This document shows positions 44,801 through 59,189 of a stretch of 64,000 nucleotides of DNA, piece by piece (position 1 is the stretch's first letter; each line of letters opens with the position of its first letter). The notes beneath the pieces are model-generated. The model was not told the origin of the DNA and ran no database searches. It worked only from the letters and a program-made list of their open reading frames with translations. A program made the position numbers and the translations under genes. Source of the DNA: Macrostomum lignano (Eukaryota). Where the stretch lies: assembly GCA_002269645.1 (NCBI GenBank), contig NIVC01001215.1, positions 148,022 to 212,021 of the forward strand, read 5' to 3'.

Positions 44801-46060
44801 AGGTATACTATAATTTCTATCTGCATTATCTCCTAGGGTTCCTTTATAAAAAATTATACCTAGTTAAATAAGAGAATTTTGCTAGCATGTTATTTTAAAA
44901 GTAACTTAGTTTAATTTTGGTAAGGAAAAAGCAATAACTAACTTGTACAATCAATATAAGGTGACAAACTAGTTAATATATCAAACTAATTAATATTGAA
45001 ATGTAATTAATAGTTTGTTTAGTATATATTATATAAAATATTACATCTATAGAAAGAAAATCAAAGGCATATATAGATGAGCATTATTTTGCTACAAGTG
45101 ATACCTAAAATTATATTGAATGTTTATTTATAAACACAAAAAATATCAAGTTTTATTGAAATCTTTGTTGAATTCTATTAGCCTTTTTGGATATGTACTT
45201 AGCCTAGTTGTCAATGTATGGTTTACTTACTTCTTTCAAACAGGCTTTGACAATATGGCTTTTGGTTATAAAATGTACAATTTTTAAACTTCAATATTAA
45301 GTTCTTAGAAAACTTTTTAGAATGTTTTTGAAATTTATGCTCAAGGATAAAAACCAATTGAAGCTTGAACTCATAGCTTTGGATCTTTGATTTTTTGTCC
45401 CAATTGCAGAGAAAATTATGTTTATACATAGAAACAATACTAACAAAGCAAAAATCATATATGGCTACTATGATTTTTACAATTATAAAGATTTAGATAA
45501 GAATAAATACTTGTTTTTCTTCTTAATTATTATATATAGAAGGCAGAAGAAAGGCAAGAAGGAAGAAGAACTTTAACCAGTTTAACACTTGAATATATAT
45601 GTAAGTGATTAGGGTTATAAGTAGTAGTTTACAAGATTAAGAATCATTAGACATATTGTATTTTTGAAGATAAACTAAAAGTTGGTGTAAAATTTCTGAC
45701 ATTTCAATATCAATTTGGTTTTTAATCTGTTTATTTAATGTTTATTAATGTTAATATTATATCTTACTAATATTGATTATATTATATTTCACACCATGGA
45801 AATAGATGTCAGTAGAGGTACATTTAATTTTTGCCATAAATTGGTTACTTTAAATTGTTTCATATTAATTCATCAAAAAGATAAAAATCATTGCTGTTTT
45901 AAAGCTTGTTTTAAGTCCTAGTAATTGTGCAATAATTCTGTCTAATAAGCATTAGCAATCACTAAACTACCTGTAGTGAGCACAAAATGAAACCAAGCAC
46001 AAAATGCAAATTAAACTCAGAAAATCCCCTTTCTGTCCAGCCTGCACCGCCTGTCCCAGC

Positions 46061-49000
46061 ATGATTTCTGAGGCGTCCGCTCAGCGCTTTGCTGAGCTGG
46101 AGCTCGAGTGCAGCTCGGCAGGCAGTCTGTTTGCCAACCTGGTGTGCGACATGAAGACTGGCATTCCCCTCTATGAGGAGCTCATCAACAAGGCTCAGAA
46201 GCTTAATGGCGCTTTCAAGTAAGCTCAGTTGGGACTCAATGCTGCTCACATAATTCCAGAATCAACAGCAGGGGATAGCGAGTCATTTCCCCTATTCCTA
46301 TTGCCAAGTGGGGGGCATTTCAGGTCACGAAATTCTCCTAACAGCAGTTGAGACGGTTAGCTTGCTGGGGGGCATTGCTGCAACCCCACAGCCAGCGAGG
46401 GGGCCAGCATCTGCGCTCATTCCGCTGGCCCCTGACCTGAGCGCTTACACAGGGTGTAATTGAGATTTGGGTAATTCACTGGCATAGCAACGGCAGTTGT
46501 TTACTTTAGATACGGAGCTAGTGGCTGAATTCTATTAATGAATTCTGAGCAACTCCTCACCACTGCAGGGTGCTTCTAACGGCGAGCTCGGCATTCCTGG
46601 ACTCGTTTCAAAAGATTGCGGACCTGGCTTCCAGCACCCATGGTAAGCCCTGGCGCTCTTATCTTTGATCCCCAGGCCTTGGCCTGCCTCGCAGCTGCTG
46701 CGCTGGGCATTACGTAATAGTTCCATCCCTGCCGAATCCCCTCTCTCCCTGGAAGTCCCAAATCGCCCTCTCTGTCACCTGGGCTGCGGTGTGTTTTCCA
46801 TGGTTCACAGCATTTCCCGCGTCTCGGGCATTAATTGTTCCTCTGCAATGCGTGTTTTTTATTGCTAAAAAGCCCATTTTTTCTGCTGCTTTTTGGCCTG
46901 TTTCCAGCCCGTGTTATGTAAGAGCGCATGGGCGATGCCTGTGCGCCTCCATTGCCGAAATGGCCGCTCCATGGCTACTCGCCAAACTCGCCATTGGCGC
47001 TCTTTTCTTGAGGGCCATAAAAAGACTTTTTCGCTTTTGTTTACGAGTTTTTTTCTGAGACCTTTTTTCCACAATGCATGCAGTGAGCAGTGCTCTACGC
47101 GCTGTGGACTTCAGTGTTTGTAAACTCAGAGAGACCCAGCTAGCGAGAGAGGAGAGAAGAGAGCTGCTGCTGCTGCTGCTGCTGCTGCTGCAAGGAGAGG
47201 CGGCTGTGAGAGCTGCGCTGGCAGTGCCGAGGCCGGGGTCAAGTCCGCTGGGTGACCCGCTCTCGCCCAGCTGCTGCGCTATGGGGGGCGGGGGCAGACC
47301 CTGTGGCCTTTTTGTCAAAGCCGTCTCTGAATTTTCTCTCCGCTGTTTGACAGTTCATTTTCGGTGGGGGGGGGGGGTCCGCCCGATATAGGAAAGCTGC
47401 AGTTTGCAAAGATGGGCAATTTCTCCCCTATTCGCTTTCAATTCATTCGCCCCGATGCCTGGGGAGGGTGCATTGCGAACTGGCACTCGGCACAGCCGCC
47501 TTGTACCCGCTATGAACTCGGTTGTGCTGCAGATTTGTATGGCGCCGCGCATTTAAAGCAACTTTCTTCAAGTTGTCAGCATTTTAATTATTGTGTTAGC
47601 GTAGCCAGTACGGGCTGGGTGCCATACAGCACTCTTTTCTGCCTTCATACTGTATTTGTCTGTAAATTAGAGTTGCTTAACTGAGTGGTCTAGCGCGTTT
47701 ACCGCAGGTTAAGCTGAGTTGGCCGTGGTTAGTACGCAGCTAGGGCTGTAGGCACTGGCGCAACGCCTTCGTCGACATGACATCGCCCAACAACCAGCGC
47801 TGAAGCAATTCTTCCCATTCCTGAACGCCTGCAAGCGCGCGGATGCTGCACGTTGGGCTCTCATTCATACGCGCGCTCACACAGGGTGTAGATTGGGCAC
47901 AAAAGTTCGTGGACAGAATCTCCCTTGGTTGGCGTACTGGTTCGGCACTCATTAAACCATAATTATTAAATCCAGTTTGATTCGCATTGATTGACTCTGA
48001 CGCAGCCTCATTAGCGCAGCCTCCGTAACCGCCCGCAGGCTCCACCAAGGACATGGGCGCCTCGCTCACCCGAATCTGCCTGAAGCAGCGGACAATCGAG
48101 AGCCGCATGCGGGCCTTCAGCGGGTGAGTAGCCGGCCCAGTTCGAGGCTCCGAACTGCTCGCCGCTGTGCGGCTTTGGGCGCGGCCTGGCAGCTCGGGAG
48201 AGGGAAAATCGATTTTATCCCCTTCTCCCTTACCGCTTTATCGCAACCCCCTCTCGCCCTCTGCGCATCCGCCCAGGCTTTGATTATTACGTAATCTAGT
48301 CTCCAGGCTCTTTCCTACTCACTTCATCATCTCTCAATTGCTAGAATTTTCTCCCTTGCCCCACTTTCCCCATCGGCTGGCACCCACTCAAGACCGCCCG
48401 CTGCCCCCAGCCTCCGCAGGCGCTAATCTCCCCCATCCCGCATCAGCTGACTGTCCGGCATTTGAGTGGCCTGCTCTGTCTCAGACGGGTTCCCTGTTTT
48501 ATGGCACCGCATTTTATTAGCCGTCTTTTAGTAGCAGCAAGCCAGGCGCATTGTCTCGGCCTAGTCAAGTGTTTTATTGCTGCCTTGGCTTTTTATGGCG
48601 GGGCCCCAGGCCCCGGGGCTGGACTCGACTGGGCCGAGGTGTCGGGGCCCGCGGCTGCCGAGCTTCTCCGCCGAATAATTATGGTGCTTAATGATAGCCC
48701 TGTGTGCCTGCAAGGCCGCGCCGCTGGTGGCCCAGAGTGATGCGCCCTGCCAGGCTGTGCAGATTCAAATAAGAAGTTCGCGTTTTTTCTCTTCAGACCT
48801 GCGCATGATAGATTTTCTAGGAGAAAGCAGAGAGCATTTCTTCTTTTCTGCTTTTGGTGCACCGGATACTGTCTGCTCTCTGCTCTTGCACCTGACTAGG
48901 CGGCCTCTCTTCTGTTGCCTGTGCTGCTTCTCTCTGCTAGTCTCAGACTGTCTCTAATGAGACTCTGCGGAGGGGGCCGCTTCTGCGCTCTTTTCCTGCT

Positions 49001-52000
49001 GCTTACGGATGAGAGAATTTGCTCTCCGCCTGCGGTGTTTCTGCCGGATTGCTTCTTCGCTGCGGTCCTTCGCAGCTATCCATCTGAGCAAATACTCTGC
49101 TAGTTAAAGAAATGGCTTTTAGTGCTCAGAAAGTTTCTTCAATGCAAAAGAAAGCGAAAAATTGCTTTAAACATGCATGCGGACCTGTCTGCTGTCTCCA
49201 GTATGTCTGAGTTCTGTGTGCTTCAGCCGCTGCCGCTTGCCGAGCTCATTCAGTGCCTCTGTACGCGAGCAAACAGCCCCCTGCCAAAATTAAATCTGGC
49301 TTAAATAAACGCAGGAATTACGCAACACTGACTTGAGCCGGGGCTTTCGGCCCGATCGCTCTGTGAGCGCTTCATTAGCGGGATAGGCAGCTGAGGGAGC
49401 CTGCTGTCCGAGTAATTAGCCTCTAGCCTCGTATGCTGTCCGAGTAATTAGCCTTTAGCCTTGTCTGCTGTCCGAGTAATTAGCCTCTAGCCTCGTATGC
49501 TGTCCGAGTAATTAGCCTCTAGCCTCGTATGCTGTCCGAGTAATTAGCCTCTAGCCTCGTATGCTGTCCGAGTAATTAGCCTTTAGCCTTGCCTGCTGTC
49601 CGAGTAATTAGCCTCTAGCCTCGTATGCTGTCCGAGTAATTAGCCTCTAGCCTCGTATGCTGTCCGAGTAACTAGCCTTTAGCCTTGCCTGCTGTCCGAG
49701 TAATTAGCCTCTAGCCTCGTATGCTGTCCGAGTAACTAGCCTTTAGCCTTGCCTGCTGTCCGAGTAATTAGCCTCTAGCCTCGTATGCTGTCCGAGTAAC
49801 TAGCCTTTAGCCTTGCCTGCTGTCCGAGTAATTAGCCTCTAGCCTCGTATGCTGTCCGAGTAACTAGCCTTTAGCCTCGCCTGCTGTCTGAGTAATTAGC
49901 CTCTAGCCTCGCCTGCTGTCCGAGTAATTAGCCTCTAGCCTCGCCTGCTCTCCGAGTAACTAGCCTTTAGCCTCGCCTGCTGTCTGAGTAATTAGCCTCT
50001 AGCCTCGCCTGCTCTCCGAGTAATTAGCCTCTAGCCTCGCCTGCTGTCCGAGTAATTAGCCTCTAGCCTCGCCTGCTCTCCGAGTAATTAGCCTCTAGCC
50101 TCGCCTGCTGTCCGAGTAATTAGCCTCTAGCCTAAAAAATAATCAGAAATGGAACTGAGCAACAAAATTGAGTCTGCTAAGCTTTCCGGTTGAACAAGTG
50201 CATTCCCGGCTCGGAGGCGCTGATAAAGGCGCTTTTGAGCGCGCGCTCGCATTGCACTCATTGTGAGGGGGGGGGGGTGTCAACTGCTTGTGTCTGTGCG
50301 TGGGAGTGGGCGGCTGCCATTGCTAAATAAGAAATCTCTCTCTGGCTCTCTTATGGAGCCCTCTGCTATTTATTGTTTTACCTGCAATAATGACAGAAGA
50401 ATTTCAGTGCTGAAATGTAAAAGTGCAACCATTCTGTTGTTTAAATGCGTTGATCTTCAATAACAACTGCGGTGACGAAATGACTTTGCCTAACCTGCGC
50501 TGTGTCATGCAGAGCGGAAATCTGTGAGAATTAGAATCAGCTCATTGTATTTGCAGAGCCCAGGCTTGTAAGGAGATTGACCAGAGCCCTGCATCTCCCC
50601 TACCAGCCTCTTCTCACTGAGCTGTGAGTAGGGAAATTTATGCAGCATCACTCTGGGAGAAAATTGGCAACTGCGGCCGACTGTCCAGAGTGCCCGGACC
50701 CAAGCAACTGGCCAAGCTTTTTGAGCCTGTGTGCCAGAGTGCCCGGACCCAAGCAACTGGCCAAGCTTTTTGAGCCTGTGTGCCAGAGTGCCCGGACCCA
50801 AGCAACTAGCCAAGCTTTTTGAGCCTGTGTGCCAGAGTGCCCGGACCCAAGCAACTGGCCAAGCTTTTTGAGCCTGTGTGCCAGAGTGCCCGGACCCAAG
50901 CAACTAGCCAAGCTTTTTGAGCCTGTGTGCCAGAGTGCCCGGACCCAAGCAACTAGCCAAGCTTTTTGAGCCTGTGTGCCAGAGTGCCCGGACCCAAGCA
51001 ACTGGCCAAGCTTTTTGAGCCTGTGTGCCAGAGTGCCCGGACCCAAGCAACTAGCCAAGCTTTTTGAGCCTGTGTGCCAGAGTGCCCGGACCCAAGCAAC
51101 TAGCCAAGCTTTTTGAGCCTGTGTGCCAGAGTGCCCGGACCCAAGCAACTAGCCAAGCTTTTTGAGCCTGTGTGCCAGAGTGCCCGGACCCAAGCAACTA
51201 GCCAAGCTTTTTGAGCCTGTGTGCCAGAGTGCCCGGACCCAAGCAACTGGCCAAGCTTTTTGAGCCTGTGTGCCAGAGTGCCCGGACACAGCAACTAGCC
51301 AAGCTTTTTGAGCGATTAGCGATCAGAGAGGGACTCTTGCCCCTCCCCTCCCCCGGCAAAAGTTGTTTCACAGTGTCTGTTCTCTGTCTGTGAGGCATTA
51401 GAAATTTCTTTGTTCGCATGCCCTTGGTCTGTTTCAGTACCTGGTCACAGTTCGCTTGCAGCAATATGGTCTCTCTATATTCCATATTGCACTCTTATGC
51501 TTTGTAATCGCCTGGCCTCAGCAGTACCCCGTTTGTCCCGGAATCTTGGTCGCTTCCGCTCCCCCAACTGGCTTGCGCCTGGACCGGCGATCTCAGAATC
51601 AGCAGCTCCCAGGCCACCCAGCAGTTGCCTGCGTGACCCGGAGCTGCGAACTGCCGACACCCCCGCAGCCTCCCTCGCCATGGCCAGCTGGACTGCCTGT
51701 CTGAGGAATCCGACCGGCGCCTCAGCACCGCCTTCCGTTTTATAAGCCCCTCCTTTCCCGCCTGGCCTCCCTGCTGCCCTCCCTACCCCCTAATCCTCCT
51801 GCCCAGAGCTGCCGCTGACTCACTTCCCCTTGAGGATATTTTTAGAAGCCTTCTCTCATGGAGACCTGGGAGTAGCAACCCCTCCCCAAAGCCTCTCTAT
51901 TTTTATACAACTGTTGGCTGGCGGCAGTTCCTTCAGTTTACACACAGGAGACACGGGAGTGTTCGCGTTATCTATTGCTGAAGGGATCAAAAATCTCCGC

Positions 52001-55000
52001 TTAGGAGTGATTTTCTGTCAATTTGGTCTCTTCGTAAACCGGCTGTAAGCCGCAAAAACTTCATTTCAAAGTTCAAATTCAAGTTCAAAGTTGCTTGAAA
52101 ATTTAAGGGCTTTGGGGAAGACTTGATACTCCAGGGTCTGGGTCTCCTTGGCTCTCCCCGCGGCTTCAGTCCTGTTGTAATTTGTTTTTTTTCATTCCTT
52201 AGAAAATTGAGGGAGGAAGAAGCGAGAGGAGAGGCGTGCACTGGGGATCTGAGTGGGGCTGGGGAGTTTTCCTTCCCCTCCGAGATCTCTGAGGCTCGCG
52301 CGGCACCAGCCGGACTATTACTGAGTCTGGCGTAGCCTGAGCCCAGGCTGCCCTGATTCTCGGCTGTGCGGTGCCCAGGCCAGCGAGCTCTTGGCAGCCG
52401 GCCAGGTGGTGCAGCCGGCGCGTCTCTCCCTCCCTTCCCAGATTGCTCAGCCATTTTCCAGCCGGCCTCGCCAGTTGCTAAACCGAACTGCGCCAGACCA
52501 GAAATTGGGCAGCAAATTTGCCGAAGTTTTTTTCAATTTCGCTGCAATTGTATGGGAAAATTATCCCAGTAATTGATATGCGTATCAGTTTGGGGATGAA
52601 TTGGCTTCGGGGTGTCTGGCAGCGTCTGCGCCCCGCTTGCCAGCTGCTGCACTTTTTCACTGCTGGTGGGCAGCGGGTCTGGCTGGGCGGCCTGCCGAAT
52701 TCATTCAGTCTATCGGCCGGGCTACTGACGTCTCTGTCCGCCCGGTCCCCGGCCGGGAGTAAGTGGGGCCTGGCCTGCCAGTTCTTGGCATAGGGACTAA
52801 GGGGAGGGGATAATGCTGAATGGGAGCGGGGGAAGAGAGTTCAAGTGGATTACTAGTGCGGCAGCTGGGTCTGCATGCGCCGGGTGTGAGGGCAGGGGGC
52901 TGATGAGAGAGAGAGGCTGGGTGCGGCATCGATTTCTGGCTCCCGCAGCCGCCTGTGCTAGCTGGATGAAGATGGTGCCTCCAGCCTCCCTCTTTCTCTT
53001 TTTGACTTCGCTTCGCCCTCGGCTCGGTTTCCGTGGCCCCCCAGCTACGGCTCCGAGCTCCTCCTCATCCGTGTCTCTTCTTCCTGAGCTCGGGCTGCCG
53101 TCCTATTAGTGACACCCAGCCATTAAAACATATCAGCTTGCCCCGGCCAACTTCTAATTGACCTGCCAGCCCCGGTCAAACCTGCCCGCGTCTCCGCTCT
53201 GGGATTTGTCTCAATCCCCTTTCCCACTGGGAGCTGCTTGGGGCGGCCAGGGGCCATAAATCACGGCCTTGCCAGAGTCGATGAAGAGTAGGAGGCTGGG
53301 AATGGGAAATGTTGCCTATAGTTAGGGCGCATCAATCAGGCAAGCAATTTCTGTTATAAGTAGGCAGTGCAGGCCTCTGGGCTTTTGTGGCATCAATCTT
53401 CTTCTGTACTTGGTGCATGCTTGAAGCGGTTTGTTAAAAGTACTCGCTGATGAGCAGAATGGCAGTTAATGCTGATGCTCGCCTAGTGTTTGTCGCAGCC
53501 AGCGAGTAGGCAATCAGTTCTGCATATGCTCGTATGTACACACTCTTGGATTCCCTGACCCACCCGCTGCCCCCGCCTTCCAGGCACCTGCAGGACAGCC
53601 TGGCCACCCCCATGGCTGACAAGCTGGACGACTGGCGCCGCAGCACCGGCCAGCTGGAGAAGGACCGCCTCAAGGAGCTCAAGCGGCACCGCGCCGAGGC
53701 CAAGAAGGCCAGCAGCGAGTCCGTGCGGCTCAGCAAGAAGCGCCAGTCGGCCAGCGGCGGCCGGCGCGGCTCGGAGCTGGAGGAGCAGCTGGAGCGGGCC
53801 ATGGGCGAGTCGCACCGCATGCAGGCCCGCATCCTGGACGTGGAGCAGCGCTGGCTGCGGCGGGCCCGCCACGAGGGCCGCTCCCGGCTCTGCTTCTTCC
53901 TGGCCTGCCTGAAGCCCGCGCTGGACATTCTGTGCAACCTCACTGACGAGTTTGGCCACCTGCGCGACCTGGCCGAGCGGCTCGGACAGGAGGCCACGCC
54001 GGAGCCGCCGCCCAGCCCGCCGCCGCAGGCCGCGCGCGGCGCCAGCCGGAGCTCTAGCTCGGCGCCGAGTCCCGCGCCAAGCCTCAATTCGCTTGGTGAG
54101 CCGCGCCATCGGTTTTATATTTGTTACTCTCTATGGAACTTTATTTGAAGGCCTGTTGACAGCCCTGGGCTGCGGTAGATAAGCAGCGCGAATATCTGCG
54201 CACTGTCCCATGCAGCTCAAGTTCCTTCTTGTGCTTTACAGTGTTATTATTTTTTTACTTTGTGTGCGCAGAACTGCAGCAGTGCGCGCCTCTGCATAGC
54301 CGCGTCATTGCCCTTGCCCTGTTTTTATCAGGCGGCAGGCAGCCAGTCTGCGGGCACAGAGATAGCGGCGCCAGCCTGGCTTTAGAAGTTCCCCTCCAGG
54401 CTAGTGAATTAAGCCCATTGTCGGTTTTTTTCTCAAAAGTTTTTCCTTCTCTGCTGCACTCTGTGCCGCTATGGCGAAGGCAGCCCTCTTAGAACTGGGG
54501 ACTCTTAGAACCGATTTCTTAGAACTGGGGACTCTTAAAACCGATTTCTTAGAACTGGGGACTCTTAGAACCGATTTCTTAGAACTGCGGACTCTTAGAA
54601 CCGATTTCTTAGAACTGGGGACTCTTAAAACCGATTTCTTAGAACTGGGGACTCTTAGAACCGATTTCTTAGAACTAGGGACTCTTAAAACCGATTTCTT
54701 AGAACTGGGGACTCTTAAAACCGATTTCTTAGAACTGCGGACTCTTAGAACCGATTTCTTAGAACTGGGGACTCTTAAAACCGATTTCTTAGAACTGGGG
54801 ACTCTTAAAACCGATTTCTTAGAACTGGGGACTCTTAAAACCGATTTCTTAGAACTGCGGACTCGCGCCAGCTCTCGAACACACTGAACTGCGGCGCAGG
54901 GACAGCAGGAAGTGGTCGCATATCTGGGCCAATTATTTTTTTACATTCTCTGGCTTCCCTCTGGGCTGGCCCTTCAAGCTAATGCTACAGCTGAAGCCTG

Positions 55001-57977
55001 TATGAAGAAATCGCTTTTTAAATTTGCTGCGAATTGTATCTTCCTCTCTTCTTTTGCTGCTTTTGGTCCGCCTGTTGCTTAGTTCTGCAGCTGCATCCTG
55101 TCTGTGTGTATGATGTTTTCGGCTTTTCTTTCCTCTGTTCACGCTTGAAATACTTTAGCATACCTGTGTCTCAGCGACCCTGCCGCTGTTCCTTGAGCAT
55201 GGCCTGTGTGTCTCAGAGTCGCCCTTGAGCATGGCCTGTGTGTCTCAGAGTCGCCCTTGAGCATGGCCTGTGTGTCTCAGAGTCCCTGCCGCTGTTCCTT
55301 GAGCATGGCCTGTGTGTCTCAGAGTCCCTGCCGCTGTTCCTTGAGCATGGCCTGTGTGTCTCAGAGTCCCTGCCGCTGTTCCTTGAGCATGGCCTGTGTG
55401 TCTCAGAGTCCCTGCCGCTGTTCCTTGAGCATGACCTGCGTGTCTCAGAGTCCCTGCCACTGCCCCCTGAGCATGGCCTGTGTGTCTCAGAGTCCCTGCC
55501 ACTGCCCCTTGAGCATGGCCTGTGTGTCTCAGAGTCCCTGCCGCTGTTCCTTGAGCATGACCTGCGTGTCTCAGAGTCCCTGCCACTGTCACTTGAGCAT
55601 GACCTGCGTGTCTCAGAGTCCCTGCCACTGTCCCTTGAGCATGACCTGCGTGTCTCAGAGTCCCTGCCACTGCCCCCTGAGCATGGCCTGTGTGTCTCCG
55701 AGTCCCTGCCGCTGTTCCTTGAGCATGACCTGCGTGTCTCAGAGTCCCTGCCACTGTCCCTTGAGCATGACCTGCGTGTCTCAGAGTCCCTGCCACTGTC
55801 CCTTGAGCATGACCTGCGTGTCTCAGAGTCCCTGCCACTGCCCCCTGAGCATGGCCTGTGTGTCTCAGAGTCCCTGCCACTGCCCCCTGAGCATGGCCTG
55901 TGTGTCTCCGAGTCCCTGCCGCTGTTCCTTGAGCATGGCCTGTGTGTCTCAGAGTCCCTGCCACTGTCCCTTGAGCATGACCTGCGTGTCTCAGAGTCCC
56001 TGCCACTGTCCCTTGAGCATGACCTGTGTGTCTCAGAGTCCCTGCCACTGTCACTTGAGCATGACCTGCTTGTCTCAGAGTCCCTGCCACTGCCCCCTGA
56101 GCATGGCCTGTGTGTCTCAGAGTCCCTGCCACTGCCCCCTGAGCATGGCCTGTGTGTCTCCGAGTCCCTGCCGCTGTTCCTTGAGCATGGCCTGTGTGTC
56201 TCAGAGTCCCTGCCACTGTCCCTTGAGCATGACCTGCGTGTCTCAGAGTCCCTGCCACTGTCCCTTGAGCATGACCTGTGTGTCTCAGAGTCCCTGCCAC
56301 TGTCACTTGAGCATGACCTGCGTGTCTCAGAGTCCCTGCCACTGCCCCCTGAGCATGGCCTGTGTCTCAGAGTCCCTGCCACTGTCCCTTGAGCATGGCC
56401 TGTGTCTCAGAGTCCCTGCCACTGTCACTTGAGCATGACCTGCGTGTCTCAGAGTCCCTGCCACTGCCCCCTGAGCATGGCCTGTGTGTCTCCGAGTCCC
56501 TGCCGCTGTTCCTTGAGCATGACCTGCGTGTCTCAGAGTCCCTGTTTCCACTTGATCTGGCTCCCGAAGTCCCCCATCGATTGCCTTTACTCGTAATTCG
56601 CACAGCCTGAGCTGATTCGTGGACGGTCAGCAGCAAGTTATGGATGAATTTGATGAATGGGAGGCCGGACTGACAGGCTGCTGCCCCCCCCCCCCGGACA
56701 GCATTGCGCAACCCTTGCAGCGGCCAGTTCAGTTTTTACAATCGCGTGCAGCTCCCAGCCGCAGCTCTCCTGCACTTTGCGGCACTGGCGGCCCGCCGGC
56801 CCAAACTGTCAAACTGGCGGCAGCTCTCCCAGCCCGGGCCGGCTGATTCAATTTCGCGCAGCTCAGGCGGCCCCTGAGGCCCAATTTATATTCGCCCTGC
56901 TCTGCTCAACTGGCTGCACAGCCTCAGTGTGCTGCTGTCGCACTCAGCTGTTTATTGCCGCTTTGCATTGCTGGCCATTGTGCCGCCAGCTGGCCGCTGA
57001 TGAGGCCCGGCCCCTCACTGCCCCCCCCCGTGTAGTTTGCGATGGTGGCCGCAATTTTGCTCACCAATTTTTCTCTGCTCTCTAAAACTCAATCAATCAG
57101 CCGCCTTACCCTCACCCCCTTCCCGCTAACAGGCAGCGCTGACTCGTACTGCGCCCGCGCCCCGCCCCCGGGCGCCCCTGGCGGCGTCCTGCTGCCCGGC
57201 ATGCCGGCGCACACCCTGCGGCCTGGCAGCCACGGTGCCTCCAGCGACAGCGGCTTCATCAGCCAGGAGCTGCCGGCCCCGCCGCCGCAGCAGCAACAGC
57301 AGTCACAGCAGCCGCAGGCGGTAGCGCCGCCGGCTCCACAACCACCGCCGCCGCCGCCACCCCTGCCGCCAGCTCAGGTGCCGCAGCAGCTGCAGGGCCG
57401 AAGGGAATCGCCGGTAGTCGGCGGCACTGCTGCCGGAGCCCCTGGTGGCGGCGAAACGGAGGAGAGCAGCGGCGGGGACTCCGAGGACGAGGAGGACCAG
57501 AGCCTGTACCCGGACCAGGGCCTGCCGGCGCCCGTGTACTCCAACCTCAGCGAGCTGCAGCGCACCGCCAAACGCAAATTCTCCATTACTGGCGGTGCCG
57601 CAGGCGGCCTCCTCCAGCGCAGCGCCGGCAGCGCCCCGGCCTTCCAGCAGCAGCTGCAGGAGCGCCGGGTCAGCGCCGACTACGCGGCCACCTCCGCCGC
57701 TGCTGCCGCAGTTGGCGCGGCCGCAACAACGGGCAGCGGAGGCGGCCACACGGCCACCGTGTCGGCAGCCTCGGTCCGCAGCGGCGGCGGTGGCGTTGGT
57801 CGGCCGCCGATTCCACCGGAGCTGATGATGCAGCAGCAGCTGGCCACGCACCGACAGAGCTCCTACCCCGGCCTGATGCAGCAGCAGCAGTCGGCCTACC
57901 AGCAGCCCCGCCAGCCGCAGCCGCAGCAGCACAGCTTCAATCCGGACGACTTGCCGCCACCTCCGCCGGGATTCTGA
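46061..57977 (+). CDS. MTSS1: MTSS1/MIM-like I-BAR (IMD) protein, 557 aa; exons 46061-46218, 46569-46642, 48039-48123, 53584-54095, 57133-57977
   Basis: ECSSAGSLFANLVCDMK...EELINKAQKL; AFLDSFQKIADLA; TKDMGASLTRICLKQRTIE; EGRSRLCFFLACLKP; SSDSGFISQE; exons sum to 1674 nt in frame with GT-AG introns. Confidence 0.9.
49400..50132. repeat. 32-bp intronic minisatellite, ~23 copies
   Basis: CTGTCCGAGTAATTAGCCTCTAGCCTCGTATG variants. Confidence 0.95.
50683..51310. repeat. 49-bp intronic minisatellite, ~13 copies
   Basis: CCAGAGTGCCCGGACCCAAGCAACT(A/G)GCCAAGCTTTTTGAGCCTGTGTG units. Confidence 0.95.
54487..54864. repeat. 30-bp intronic minisatellite, ~12 copies
   Basis: CTTAGAACTGGGGACTCTTA(G/A)AACCGATTT units. 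Confidence 0.95.
55165..56545. repeat. 42-bp intronic minisatellite with variant-unit blocks, ~33 copies
   Basis: GTGTGTCTCAGAGTCCCTGCCACTGTCCCTTGAGCATGGCCT variants. Confidence 0.95.
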
Positions 57978-59189
57978 TAGACTGATGAGGCTGATGCTGT
58001 TGCTGTCCGCTTGTTGCTAGGGGGGGGTTTGTAGTTGATTGACAATTATTTGAGGTGTTTGAGCGGCGTTCCCCTAACCCGAATCGTGTTGTTGCTGTTT
58101 CTTCTAGAAGTTAAATTTTTGCTTGCCTATGGGGGGTGAATCGGCGGTCAAGCCGCACTCTACTGTACTCTGCACTGCTCTTAGTCAGCGTGTCTTCAAG
58201 CTTAGTTCATTAATTATTATTGTTTCTCTATTATTATCGACTGCCTCTACGGTACCAATATGAATAGTTTTTGTTTTATTTATTCCTATTCAAATTTAGT
58301 TGCAAATTTTGCTCAGTATTTTATCATCCACGCGTGGCCCAATTTCAGTTCAGCTCAGTGTGTCGATTAATTCCACCGTTTTTTACCGCCGCTGCCTGAG
58401 TACTTAAAAACTGGCAAACTCTGTTCCATGAACCGCCTGCTGCTCCCAGCTGCCCATTCTTCATCGAGCTTCTCCAGCTGTAGCCTCATGGCCGAGTCTT
58501 GATTCGCCAACAGAGCACCGCTTTTTTAGGCCGTTTGCCTTGCAGCCTTGAAGCTCGCTTGTCATTTGCTCTGCTTTGTTGCTATACGCGCTACAGACTA
58601 CTTACAGGCGATCTGCTCAGTAGGCAAGTTGGTACTTTAATCGCATAATTCGCTTTTTTCCATTTTTGCCCCGTTTTTTCTAAAAATACAAATTTTCTTG
58701 TCAAACTTTTTAGTACCCATCTGTTGTGCTTTTTTATAAAGTTCTCTTCTTGAGTTGAGCAGCCCGCACTGAGCACCCCATTCTCAACTGATGCACCAGC
58801 CCTGTCTCAGCTGCGGTACACAAAATCGATTTTACACTCTAGACTACTCTGCCCGCTTCTGTACATTATTGCCACTATAGCTCCCGCTTCACGGACCGGC
58901 CCTGCCTCTCCCGTGTCCAGCTCTACATTTTATGCTTATCAACTCAAACTTTACTTGCTTTTTTGCTGCCTTTTCCTGTACATCTGCATGTCCCGAGTAG
59001 CTGACCTTCGGTGTTGTGCTGTACATACAAGAAACCCTTCAGTAAACCCCGGCTTGCTGTGCACTTTTTTGCTGTTTAATTTTTTTTCCTTCTTGCTTCT
59101 TTGAAGCCTGAGCGGAGAAATAATTACTCAAATTGGACAGAATGACAATGGATTGGCTCTGTGTACTCGTACACTTGACTTTGAACTCC

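Noticed and set aside
42900-45950. Genes in the AT-rich intergenic tract (also 12300-14000 and 17750-18600)
   Set aside because: Only short low-complexity ORFs with no recognisable motifs.
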